From assembly GCA_977030845.1 (NCBI GenBank), contig OZ365113.1, positions 34,286,001-34,350,000 of the forward strand: DNA of 64,000 nucleotides, written 5' to 3'. Below, one piece after another: positions 37,201 through 49,384 of this stretch (positions within the stretch are counted from its first letter, which is position 1; every line of letters begins with the position of its first letter). This stretch comes from Fimbriosthenelais zetlandica (lineage: Eukaryota). Made by a program: the position numbers and the translations under genes. The notes under the pieces are model-generated. The model made no database searches and had not been told where the DNA came from. It saw only the letters and a list, made by a program, of their open reading frames with translations.

Positions 37201-40200
37201 AGTTACAAGGTATACCCTATGAAAGTAGGCCTATATTTTTCGAGGAATGTTGCTTCAAAAATATATGTAACATAAAAAAACTATTTTGATTTATCTTTTA
37301 GTTTGAGGACTTCATGTTGGACTGTACATTCCACCTGCTTGATAAAGGTGGACTCAATTACTCAGCCAGGGGTAACCCTGTCTTCGTGGTCAGGAAAATC
37401 TCTGCCATAGTAAGTATAATAGGTATTTTGCTCTCACCATCTATCACTATGTCTACCTGACGTCTATATTTCCCTGGCTCCCACTCTCTACTTCTGCCTC
37501 CTAACCCCCCTTTCTCCCAATCTCCTTCCCCCTCTTCACCTCTACCTCCAATCCGCTACCTCTCCCTCATTCACATTGATGCATGCCTCTTCTTATGACA
37601 AACCTTACATTTCAACATGTATCGGAAAAAGTTCGATGTGTTTGAAAACAGAAAATAGTAAAAGTTGAATCTACTTGAATCTAAAAGAATAGTAAATCTA
37701 AACAAAAGGTATAAAGTGATGTCATTGTTAGCAAACCCTGCCCTCACGGCCATTTCCTACACTACTCGTGTCGCCAGCAGCTGGGACACGTGCACCCTGA
37801 CAAGCTTTGGTCGGGGGTTAGTGTTTTTACTGTTTTTATGTTTTATGGCCTTGCGGCTTGGCTCGCTATCCACCGATTATAAAAAGCCTTCAAGCTGAGG
37901 TGTCCGTGATTTATTAGGTGCAGTGAGTGTGGAGCATATACAGGAGAAAGTCTACCAAACAGTTCTCCACTCTCACCTCACACACAAATAGACAGGGTGG
38001 AAAAATACAGAGAGGTCTTATACAACATTGAGAGATCTTATGCTCAAATTATTGTACACAAGCGATCCACTAAATACAAGTTATTTGAAATGGATTGGAC
38101 ACTAAATTTGATACACAAGTTTCAATCAAAGACAATAAATTATAAATATTTGAGTCTCCACAAATATCAAATATTGTATCAAAATTAATGCCCTAGTTGT
38201 TTTAAAATTAATAGTGAGGTCGATTCCTGTATAATATTCAAATTTTGATTTCTATGGGAGGAGGGACGATGTAGTGAACCTAGATAATCCTGATATTGTG
38301 TCTATCTTAGAAAGTCTGAAACTTTCATAAATAACATAAGATATTGTATAGTGAAGACTTGATTATTTTTTAAATATATTAATAAAAAATAACCAAAATT
38401 CATTATTTTTCAGACCAACTCTCCAGACGACAGTGGCGTACTGGTAGGTAACTGGTCTGGAGAGTACGCTGGCGGGAGGACGCCTCTGTCGTGGATAGGT
38501 AGCGTGGCTATACTGGAGGAGTACTGGAGGACGCTACAACCCGTCAAGTTTGGACAGTGCTGGGTCTTCTCCGGGGTGGTCACTTCATGTGAGTACATGG
38601 CTAGATATAAAGCCAGTTTTTTATTATATTATTATTTTATTTGGAGGGATGGGGAGCCAGCAGACTCAGGGATCCACCCATAACAGCAAGGGGTGTCAGA
38701 TTTACAATTTTATTACTTCTGGGGCGAAAGCAGGGGTCTCTCGGGATTTTTAGGGGACCCACAGACTCCCATTAAAATCGACTCCTGGTTTATAACAGTG
38801 TCATGTATATTCACCTTTATAGGCCTATATAATGTACATGTATCTAGACTGGGTCTGGTTTCACATATACAGGGTCAAGATTCCCTAACGATTGAATTTT
38901 ATATCTCATAGAAGGATCCAGTTCACCTAACGATTGAGTCTGACATTTCCCAGTTCCTTTAAAATCGAGTCCATTACTCTTAAAGATTGGATCTTGTTCC
39001 CCTGGAGTTTTGTGTTCCAGCTCCCTTAAAGATGGGGTAGAACTCCCCTAGTGCTAGAGATTGGGTTTTGTTCACCTAGAAATGAATGGATATCATTCCC
39101 ATGTACATTCGGTTCATTACTTCATTACAGAATAGCCTCAATCATCATCAGACTACTTTCAAAACCTTGATTTTAAAAAGCTAAAATATCTGCCTATAAA
39201 CTTCTCCAGATAAAATGTATTTCTCTATATATTTGACAGTGTGTCGGTGTTTGGGAATTCCTGCCCGGAGTTCTACCAACTTTGCCTCAGCCCATGATGT
39301 GGATGGTTCAATCACCATCGACCAACACTGGAATCAGGACATGAAACCATTTGATGCCCTAAACGACGATTCTGTCTGGTGAGGAAATGCCCTTATATAA
39401 TACAGTTTGGAGAAAAACTAAAGAGACAAAATTTATATCCTATCAAGTGGCTGGAAAAATTATTGAGTGCTTCGATCCATATCGTAAATATAATTTTAAA
39501 AAATATAAAGACGGTCTTAATAAGACCACTGCTTGTTAAACTAATCTACGGTGGTTTGGTGTAATATTCAAGACCACTGCGTTACTTGCGCTTCAATCAA
39601 AAGTAGCCTACTCCAGCCAAAAATCTGATCCACATTTTCTATGTTCAAATTTCTTTCAGATTCACAAACAGAATGGTAGTGTAAATTAAGATCTCATGTT
39701 CTGTAGAGGTATCACCTTCATTTAGATATTATTTGATGGTATAATTGATCGTGTATAAGGTGATTCATTCACATCCCAAATCATTTAGTTATTTTTTTTT
39801 CATCTCACCCAAGTTGATTTCAGTTAGGTCCACATTGTTATAGCTGCACTAGATGAGGTATAGAAATGAAGCACAAAATAGTGAATCTTGCACATAGGAA
39901 ACCTATTATTTATCCATTATAAAAGTCCTCACCTGCACGTTTTTACGATCACAAATCACTATTCATAATTATTAGACAAAAGGTGTAGGGTAAGAAATTG
40001 AATTCAAAATATGACATGGTGAAAGTTCCAAGAAGACCATCTAAGAATAATCAAATTTTGACCTTGATATTTGCCTCAAAAATGCATTAAATCAGTTAAA
40101 TCCAAACTAATAAATCAGATATAAAATTATTTTCCCCGTACTAATAAATCTCTGGTTGTGGTTAACTGGTTATCTCAAAGGTATACGTGAAACAAAATAG

Positions 40201-43174
40201 ACCTTAAAAACCTGCAGTATTGTAGAAATCTTTCGGATAAATTGGAAAAATAAAAATTAACTGGTATTTTTTGTATAGGAATTTCCACGTGTGGAACGAT
40301 GTGTGGACGGCCCGGCCCGACCTACCTTCAGGTTTTGGTGGATGGCAGGCTATTGATGCCACTCCTCAGGAGACGAGTGATGGTAAGTCACAGCCAACAT
40401 GACATCAATTGATGGCAAATGACATCAACTTAATAATAGATCACCTTCATGTCTACTGCCCTTAGTAGGGCATAACTCACGGCCTTGGTGTGACAAGGCC
40501 GTGAACACCCTGATTGGGTTTCGGGTTGGACCTGCCAGCTTTTCCGGGTTGAAGGGTTTACTACCCATGCCCCCCATGCCTCGTCAACCCTAATCTAGTA
40601 AAAGGGTCAGAAGTTAATTCCAGTATTCTCCCATTTTCAGGGGTCTACCAGGCCGGGCCGGCGTCTGTGGAAGCCATCAAGAATGGCCTTGTCAATCTGC
40701 CCTATGACGGACCATTCATCTTTGCTGAAGTGAACGCTGATCGTTTGAATTGGTTGAGTGTGGAGGATGGGAGCTGGAGATGTGTAGGCAAGGTGAAGGC
40801 CAGGTAGGTCATACGGGGTCACAGGGGTCAGAACCTGGGTAGGTCATATGAGGTCAGAATGTAAGCAGGTCATATGAGGTCACCAGAGGGGTCAGAGCTT
40901 AGGTAGGTCACATGGGTTCAAAGCTAGGACACACTGGGTAACACTAACAGAACCTAGTGATGTACTATAGGGGCCTTTATGTGGGTCACATGGGGTCAAA
41001 CCAATGTAGGTCACATATATATGGGGTCAAATCAATGTAGGTGACATGGGGTCAAAGCTTAATTAGCTCAATTTTGTATGCATCCAGTCTTTCGAAAAAG
41101 CAAATTGAATAGGCATGATATGTGGGTTTATAAGGATGTGGATACACATAACTTTCAAATTATATCATATTTTTTCAGCATTGGTAAACACATCAGCACT
41201 AAGAGCCCCTACTCCCGTGAGCGTCTGGACATTACGTACATGTATAAGTTCCCTGAAGGCTCCCAGCAGGAGAGAACAGCCGTCTGGCGGGCCATCCGGG
41301 AAGGCTCCACCAGGAAGGAAGCTTATGAAATCTCTATTGAGGTGAGGAGGGGTGATCGAAAGAGGGTTTCAAAAGGTAAAGAAAAAGCGAGCAATTTAGC
41401 TCGTGAACAATTGAGGGGGAAAGAGAGGTGGTGATGACCAAACTAGCAAGCGAGTGAACGAGCTAGTGAGTGATTGACCAAGGGAGCAAGTGAGTGAACA
41501 AGCTGGTGACTAGTGGTTAGGCAAGGCAGTTTGGTTTGAGAAAATGAGCTAGCAATTGATTGATCCAGCGACTGAGTAAATGAGCTTATGCGCTAGGCCT
41601 ACTGCAGGTAATTTATCAAGCAATATAAGGCCAGATTACAGTATTAATTAAAGGTGTATTAACTTTTCAGGACATGACTTTCGACCTGATAGAGAGAGAG
41701 GACACGTTGATGGGAGAACCATTTGACGTAACGTTGAAAGTGAACAACAACAGTAAGGAGGCACGCAACGTGAAGGTGTCACTCACGGCCTCAGTCGTCT
41801 TCTACACTGGTGTACCCGTGTGTCAGATCAAATCAGAAACTTACACCCTCGAGGCCCCTTCCAACGCTAGTAAGTTCACATCAATGTCAAACTTCTTGAC
41901 GAAAATATAAAAAAACTGTGATCATTTCGACCCAACCTAACCACAAAACTACATTTCCAGCATAATACATTAATAGCTAAATGTAATTCACAGCCTCAGT
42001 TTTTCAGACAGAACTAATGTTGATCTTTCTTATTTTTCAGGCGGAGAGGTTAAAATGGATGTGGCAGTCAAGGATTATTTAAACAAACTGGTTGACCTGT
42101 GTAACATCAAGATCAGTTGTATGGCACAGGTAATGGAGACTAAACAGTTCCACTGCGCCTCTGATGACTTCAGACTACTCAAGCCTGAACTAGATGTTAA
42201 GGTAAGTACAAGGTTTTTATGATCCTGGAAATGTTTTTTTTTCTATTTTTACCATTTTTAACCCAAATATGGGGAGAGCCGATTTCAAAGAGGGACCATA
42301 TCATAGCAAAAATGATATGACAAATTTTCACACTATAGCAAATATTTTCGATTAAATATTTGAATGGGGTTTTTCTATTGTAGGTACCAGATGAGGTGCA
42401 GGTTGGGGAGCCATACTGTGTGGAAGTGTCATTCATGAACCCACTACCAACATCCCTGACCAAGGCAGAGTTTGAACTGGAGGGAGCAGGACTTCAGAAA
42501 CCACTGAAAATCAAACACAAGTGAGCACCGAACAAATTCCCCAATAAACTCAAACTACAGCACCTGATCCGGTTTTAGATTACCAGTTTGGAAAAATAAA
42601 TGTCAAATTAGAAACCGTATTACAAAATCACAAATAAGGATAATTATGTTCCTTATTGCCAGATTTCCTAATTAAGAATCGGAGGTCATGTTGCAAGGGT
42701 TTTCATTAATTTCAAAGTGGATGGAGACAAAACATTGCTTCTATTTCATATTAGGTTTAATGAAATTCTGTCTTGGAATTACGGGAGAAAATCATCTCTC
42801 CCACCTTCAAACCCAATGCTTTAAATCAGTGCGAGGGTGATTATCTTACCAAAAATACCCAACGCGTTCACTCATGGTTTTTTTGGTCTGGGAAATTCAG
42901 TATTTGTTCCATTTCTGCCTCCATTACGCCTCTTAATGGCTCCTTACGTGCATCTTTTTAAATATTGAGATTCCCACGACCATTCCCAGTAAGATTTCTC
43001 ATTGAGTTTTTTGTTTTTCTCTGAAGGAATGTGCCTGCTAAGAAGGAGGTCCGCATGAAGACGACCCTGACAGCGCGCAGGGTGGGAAAGCGAGAGTTGG
43101 TGGTGGGATTCGATGCTCGGGAGATCGCCTCAGTGACTGGACAAGCCTCTATCAATGTCATACCTGCTCCCTGA
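31237..43174 (+). CDS. Protein-glutamine gamma-glutamyltransferase (transglutaminase), 752 aa; join(31237..31381,35659..35770,36053..36180,36451..36549,36649..36807,37047..37165,37302..37409,38414..38588,39240..39378,40279..40382,40641..40803,41179..41341,41671..41869,42041..42201,42384..42520,43027..43174)
   Basis: 16 exons, phases all consistent, total 2259 nt. N-domain N...[18 protein letters not shown]; catalytic core GQCWVF (Cys 38558-60), WNFHVWND (His 40286-88), [11 protein letters not shown] (Asp); [38 protein letters not shown]; two C-terminal beta-barrel regions; stop TGA 43172-74. Confidence 0.97.
33871..34473 (+). repeat. Degenerate satellite-like array (gttacatgtgccagtgtaagtgaaccctgaagt units)
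   Basis: An identical 33-mer at 33963-33995 and 34440-34472, with diverged copies near 33890 and 34325. Confidence 0.8.
34119..34307. mobile_element. MITE-like insertion with degenerate inverted termini nested in the satellite
   Basis: aacacactaatccgattcttaatccggccccat versus reverse complement aacacacgaatccgattcgccatccgaaaccccat. Confidence 0.5.
40806..41054 (+). repeat. Degenerate GGTCA-rich minisatellite in transglutaminase intron 11
   Basis: About 14 RG(G/T)TCA hexamers in 250 bp. Confidence 0.85.
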
Positions 43175-45339
43175 ATATCACCTCAAATTACAGGAGGATT
43201 GACTGACAGCTTCAAAACACAGACTGACAAACAACAATGGCCAATATATACTTAGCATGAGCCATAAAAACAGAAACTACATGCCTAAGAAGTCTTTTGG
43301 AGAGAAAACGTTCTAAAGCAGGCGTTCTCTCAAGCAGGAAGGAAGCAGAAGCAAAAGAGAGTGCAAAACCACAGAACAAATATAATCATCCAAGTGTCAA
43401 CTTCATATAGTGTATTTCAATGTATGAAAACCGATCAAAAGAATTTACATAATAGAAAAGCCTTTGGAAAGCCTCAAATTCAAAGCTTTTAGTGACTGAT
43501 TGGAAATACTTACGGGGAAACATAATAGCTCAGACGAGGAGAATGACGGATAAGAAATCCTTTTTACCAGAAAAAATGTAATAGAAATATCTGGGATCCC
43601 TCAAAACAAATAGCAAAATAAAGGAATATTGACCCAATGATATAGATTATCCAAATACATCATCCAACTATGGTGCTCATAATTATACTGTATAATATAT
43701 CTGAATTTAGTATAGACTGGTTACATATATTCAGCCTATTGCAATGTTTTTGTTATGCATATAAGGCTGAGCGGTATCCAAATGCCCCAGATACCATGAA
43801 GTTTGCTATATTTTTGTCCCAGCAAGACTACTATGCAATGAACTGTATCAGTGAACCGTGGTTAGTATAAAGAGAGCTGTGTTCTGGGGATTGTTTCATA
43901 AAATGCACCCCATTAACTGATGGTATTTTTATGAAACAGACCTTAAGTTGAAATCGTAGAAATGGTAACTCTAATGTAAAGATAGCGCAATTTCCGGTAA
44001 AAATATTAGTCTATAGGAGAAATGTAAGCTAATGTATGATAATTAACATATATACAAAAACGAAAAAAAAAACATGAGAATAATTGCATATGTGAATCTG
44101 TCACAAGTTTGTACAGAAAAAAAATATTTTACTAGATTGAAAAATGGGTGAAAAATTGGCTACTTTAGTTCGTATATGAACCGCTTGGAGTCAGTTAGTT
44201 CATTGGCATATCCACAGGTGGGAAATGAGGGAAAATTTGGTGGATTGAATGATTCAGCTTGTACTTTCTGATCAATGGGGACTTGAGTGACGTAGTTTAC
44301 TAAGCCCAGCTGCTACCGTGCTTTCATCCGTGTTAGACTAAATCCCAATGCTAATTAACGCTAATTAATTAATTTGACGTCATGTTAAACATCACCAATT
44401 TAGTAGTGCATGGAAGTGGGATATTTTTAATGGATTTTAATTGTAGTTATCCGTGGAAGACGAGTTTCATCAGATCATTGAGATGTCCGTGATTGAATAC
44501 ACACCAGAAATGTCAAAGATTATTATATGGGCGAATGTCAGTAGACTCACGCTAAAGTATGGAATATTCAATCATGTGGTCTATAACAATATAATATAGA
44601 ATGACTGAAATATATACGCCTAATGTAGCGCATTTCTTGTTTTTTTATATTTGAATGTGTGAACACACCGACAGAGTATTGACATTTATGCTAATCGAGT
44701 TTCTAAAGTCATCAATTTTTATTTTTGAGAGATAAAAGTGAACTAGTAACCCGCCAGCTCTTACCAACGTGTACCCAGAGTTGTTGTAGACATTCTTGCC
44801 TGGATTGGTAAAGCATAACATTGAACCCCCACAGTGTAGAGTGGCCAGGCATTGGTGTGAATTACAAATTTCTAGGTCATAGTATTCAAAAAGACCGATG
44901 ATAATAGAAACTTTGAATTTTTAGTTTGGCTGGATACAACGCTTTTTGAGAAAAAATAAAGATGGAAAAAGCTATACCACAGATTCTTGTCTATATTGTC
45001 GAACCTCCTTCAGAAATTATTTGATACACCCGCAACCCACGCCCCCTCCCCTTCCACCATAGCTATTCTAATGAAGTGTCTGGAAAGCCGTAAAAACATT
45101 TCCTCTTTTTTTTTATTATGAAATACTATTTACAAAACGATATGTAATATCAGTGCGATGTTCGAGCGAACATCACCAGCCACTTCCCTCTTAAGTAAAT
45201 GAATGCATGACGGGCTAATTAAAATTACAGCTACACACAAAAAAACACACTCTTTCTACAACGACTACTTCCCCCATTTAAACTGTAAATGACGATGAGA
45301 AATTATGTTTGGTTACTATGGAAATAGCCAGACGAATTA

Positions 45340-46359
45340 CTAAGACAAACATCCCTTGAAAATAAATATATTGCCGCATATACACAGAAGGATGATTGTA
45401 AATCCATTGAAGTATATTAGTTTCCTAAATCGAGGTTCTAGGTCACCATTTCGATACCAGTATATCTGACAAAAAACAATGCCTGGAATTAGGCTAAAAA
45501 CTAAGCAGTTGTTGATACTGTTATCAGAGATTGATATAATATCTGCTGCGAGTGTGCTGTTTATTTGTCAAAGACACATTTGTAAATAGGAAAAAAGATG
45601 AGTATTAGATTATGTATTCAGAGCAGGACATTATATGGTCCAATGCTGAGCTTATGATGTTCTACTCTGAGCTCTTAATTTAGACTTAAATCTATACTTA
45701 TTCTATGACTTAATGCTATGAACATGAGTCAATATAAAGGGAACTTTCCCTGTAAAACTCACAAGTATGAGATGAGATATCAGTACTAGAAGAATGCAAC
45801 AAGAAACCAGGATGTTCGCAGCATGTGGCGGCCAAGGATGAGCAATAGCACAAACAAGTGTTTCCTGCAATGAAAAATGCAAAGTTAAAAACCAAAATTA
45901 AACTAATTTAATTTAGTAATAAAAAATACATGGATTTGAATGATTATATATATTTTACAGATAGGAATGGTCTACTTACAGTAACTAGAAGAGCTGTGAA
46001 GGCGCCTACAACAAGGTTTACAAATCTGTCCTGGAAGACAAAAAATATATTTAAAATCTTAGATGTTTATATACCGGTACTGGACTACTGGTACTGGTAG
46101 ATCCATTGTGGGCCTACATTTACATTTAAAATATGAAATTTTGGCAAGATTTCTGGAAAAATTATTAGGCCTACAGTGTACCGTCTATATGACTAATTAG
46201 TTTTTAGACTAGTAGGCTTTTTATTTCAATTTTGTAAGCTTAATCTTCTGTATACAAAATAATATATTTGTCAATACTTACACGTGGAGTGCTTTCTCCG
46301 AATAAAGGTTTATCTGAGGGATCTTCGTATTTGGAGTAGTCATCAATATAGCCAGCCAT
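45340..46359 (-). CDS. TMEM243: Transmembrane protein 243, 118 aa; complement(join(45340..45465,45763..45864,45980..46030,46282..46359))
   Basis: Four phase-0 exons (78, 51, 102, 126 bp) with donors gtaagt/gtaagt/gtgagt. Protein MAGYIDDYSKYEDPSDKPLFGESTPRDRFVNLVVGAFTALLVTETLVCAIAHPWPPHAANILVSCCILLVLISHLILIYWYRNGDLEPRFRKLIYFNGFTIILLCICGNIFIFKGCLS matches the recalled TMEM243 signatures PLFGE...DR..NLVVG and IYWYR.GDLEP.FRKLIY. Confidence 0.93.
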
Positions 46360-48666
46360 GATTGAAGTCAAGATCGGGTACCAATTATAACATCTCACTT
46401 CCCCAGACCTTCCTTCTTCATCGGTTTAATTATTTCCTATACCAATGACATTCTAAACAAAGATGAAAATGAAATTGAGTCTCATTAGAAAACACAAGAA
46501 ATTTGAAGTCATGAGACATAACTACATAAGTTTTAACTTAGGCTACCCAGGTACTAAAGAAATAATTTAAATACGAATTGTCGAATAGAACCAGGCAGGG
46601 TTGATGACAAGTTTGCAGCCGTTTTGCCAATAATTCACAACATAAATGAAACATTTTCAGGTGTTTTCAAGCTCAGGAACCTCTATAGTAATAAATAATG
46701 ACGTGTAAATACCCTTTCCTGTTCTGAATTTATAATTAGACGGCAGGTTCTGACCTCAGTTTGTGAGTTCATGTGCCACATGTTTACTGAAGTGAAGCGA
46801 GGTCCTGCCTACAGTAACTGTCAAATCGGGGGAGGTAACTCCACTGGATTTATCCCATTTTATAACCAAACTCCGATAAAATACGGCATGGACGACATGT
46901 ACAGTTAGTCACCGGACATGTCACATTATAAAAATTATCTATAAACCGTCTGTGGTCCCTAGAATACGGAGAAAATCACGGGCATCATCTGCCAGATGGC
47001 GACACGCGCAGTCAGTAAAAGTATAATATTAGTAAGGGTGTGAAACTCTTTTTTCAAGATGGCGGACGCTGTTTCAGGCCCGCAGTAAATGCAGTAAATA
47101 TATGCAAATCAGTCTCACTGAAACCATAATAAAACAACCAGATTCACCAAAGCATAAAAATGTGTAAAGTCTTCTGTCTTTATGGGTTTCTCATTGTTAG
47201 CACACAGTGCGTTAATTTATACGAGCTTAATAACGATATAAATTATCAACTTCTTGAAAGCCCCCACCTGAGGGCCCCTGACAGAGCAGAGCATCTCATC
47301 GGATTTGATTGGTGGATAAAAATAGTACATCGAGGTGTTTTCTACACATGTCGTCATAATTTCAAGGCTTTTTAAATTGCCATCTAGTGTAGAACATAGA
47401 AAACATGAAAAAGCATCTATATCGCCATCTAAATGTATTCATATAAATTAGACCTACCCTATTGGCCTATATGAAGAAGGCCTCGAGTCATTTATTCCTT
47501 ATAATATAGATTAGGCCAACTCCTGCCACTTCATAGAAATAATTTCCTCCCTGTCAAAATATGAATATTCCCTGCTTATTTTTCCTCTTAGGCCTATGCC
47601 GCTAACAAATTTAATTTGTAATTTTTTTACCTATTTAAAATCCTCAAGGAAATTGGAATGTATATAATATATAGGCTAATGTTAAAATGTGCTGTAATAG
47701 TTACTGGATAGGGCCCTAACTAAATCACTAATGGAAATGAGTACAAGAAAATAATATGATAGGAAACCTAGGCCTATGGCCTAATGTTGAAGCCTTGGTG
47801 TGGTAGCAATACCGTACTGATACCCCCTCTAGTTTCACAATCCTGAAATATGTACCCATGCCTATAAGGCCTGAATGCAGGCCTGCTGCCGTCTGGTGTA
47901 ACTTAGGCTCTCCAGGTATATTTACTGCTTCATAATTATTGACTATTGTTAGTTATCATGGTAACGACCATAATTTTTAAATCCCTATGAGTCTCTTGAT
48001 GATAACTGGGTTCCAGGGATCTTATCAGAGGCATGTAGGCAAAGCCTAGTCTAATTATTGAAACCCCCACTACAGGCCCCTTTAGCTGAGTGGAATTCCC
48101 TCTCATGCAAGAAGGTAAACAATAACATGTGAAGCATGGCTTCTTCCACGCTAGGCAATACCTTCCATATGACAGGGATCAGGTCCCGATGACCAAACAA
48201 TTTTCAACCAATACTATATAGAATAAAAACAACACCATACTATTTAGAAATAGTTCCCTAAAACAGCATTTTCGTGGAGACAGCACGTGCTGACCAGTGG
48301 CCAGTGTTTTGGTTCACCGAGTGCTGTTCTCTGATTGGCTGCCAGGTCGGGGTTACTAACAGTGCACACCATCTCACAGGCAGCAAAATCAATTTATGAC
48401 TGAAAACTTTTTATTATCTCTTTTATTTTCAAAACCCTGACGAAAATTAGAGAGAGAAAAGAATTTATTATCAGACAATCATCAATAAAGTATTCGTACT
48501 ATTGTAATTTTCACATAAATCCAGACTTTCATCACGCTACAGTGCACACCGTCTCACGAGTTTCATACCCTCTTTACTTTACTAGATATCTAGAGGCTCC
48601 AGTGTCGCCATCTAGCAGTTGATGCCCGTGGAGAAAATCATCAAAATATTACGCAAATCTACTCAC

Positions 48667-48700
48667 CCTGTGACTATGTCCGCCATCTTGAATATGCACG
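48667..48700 (-). other. Putative first exon 3' end of the minus-strand (TMEM243) transcript
   Basis: On the minus strand caagATGGCGGACATAGTCACAGG|gtgagt: strong donor at 48666-65 in CpG-rich sequence. The TSS is not determined. Confidence 0.5.
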
Positions 48701-49318
48701 CCGACCACCGGCGGAAACGGGAACGAGGCTATCAATGCGCCTCGCGGTGGAGAGATTGAGAACTAGAGGCCGCTGTGTCCGCCATCTAGAATTTGCACGC
48801 CGATGCTAGGGATGGATACTCTATCTACAGCCATAGCAGCTGTTTCTTTGGATGCAATACATTCTTCATGGAAATCTACCGAAGGATTTCAGTTTTGGCT
48901 CATGTGGGTGCTTCTATAAATCTAACGACGCCCGCATAACGGGGTTGGCCTTGGGCGCTCAGCCGATAGTGGTGGTAAGAATCAGTGGCGGCACCTGGTG
49001 GTTTCCTGCTGAAGTAAAGGTGCCCGTGGGAGCATAGAGGTGTAGGAAGGGAGTTAAGACTCAGTTCACTCGCGGCACACAAGGTGGCAGCACTAGATAA
49101 GCGTGGTCATCGTGCTTGTGTGGCCCAGCATAGAGGTACACCCAGGCACGCCGCGATGTCCGCCATCTTGAGTTTGCACAACAATGCTCGCGGTGGAGAG
49201 ATTGAGAACTAGAGGCCCCTGGTTCCGCCATCTTGAATTTGCACGCCGACCACCGGCGGAAACGGGAACGAGGCTATCAATGCGCCTTGCGGTGGAGAGA
49301 TTGAGAACTAGAGGCCGC
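48679..49318 (+). repeat. Two 95-bp direct repeats (48679-48773, 49224-49318; 2 mismatches) plus partial copies (48776-48802, 49156-49217)
   Basis: Direct comparison: tccgccatcttgaat(a/t)tgcacgccgaccaccggcggaaacgggaacgaggctatcaatgcgcct(c/t)gcggtggagagattgagaactagaggccgc. Confidence 0.95.
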
Positions 49319-49384
49319 CATTGCCAACCGGTCGACAAATCACCTGGAATTACGGTCTAAAACTGAGAGTCAAGAGCGTCTAAA

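Larger units (their letters stand above)
48600..49384. promoter_or_regulatory. Bidirectional CpG-rich promoter between TMEM243 (-) and SUMF1 (+) with repeated YY1-type CCGCCATCTT motifs
   Basis: Divergent gene starts; local CpG enrichment; CCGCCATCTTG at about 48680, 49160 and 49225, with CGCCATCTAG variants at about 48606 and 48780. Confidence 0.65.

Noticed and set aside
38558-40357. Catalytically dead (band 4.2-like) transglutaminase
   Set aside because: The Cys, His and Asp triad and the GNW tryptophan are all intact.
45340-45354. CaaX prenylation signal on TMEM243 (..GCLS*)
   Set aside because: Cys is third from the end, not fourth.
48679-49318. CRISPR-like or LTR interpretation of the direct repeats, and of the 26-bp array at 6376
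   Set aside because: Eukaryotic context with no regular unique spacers or cas genes; no TG..CA ends, PBS/PPT or TSD for an LTR.
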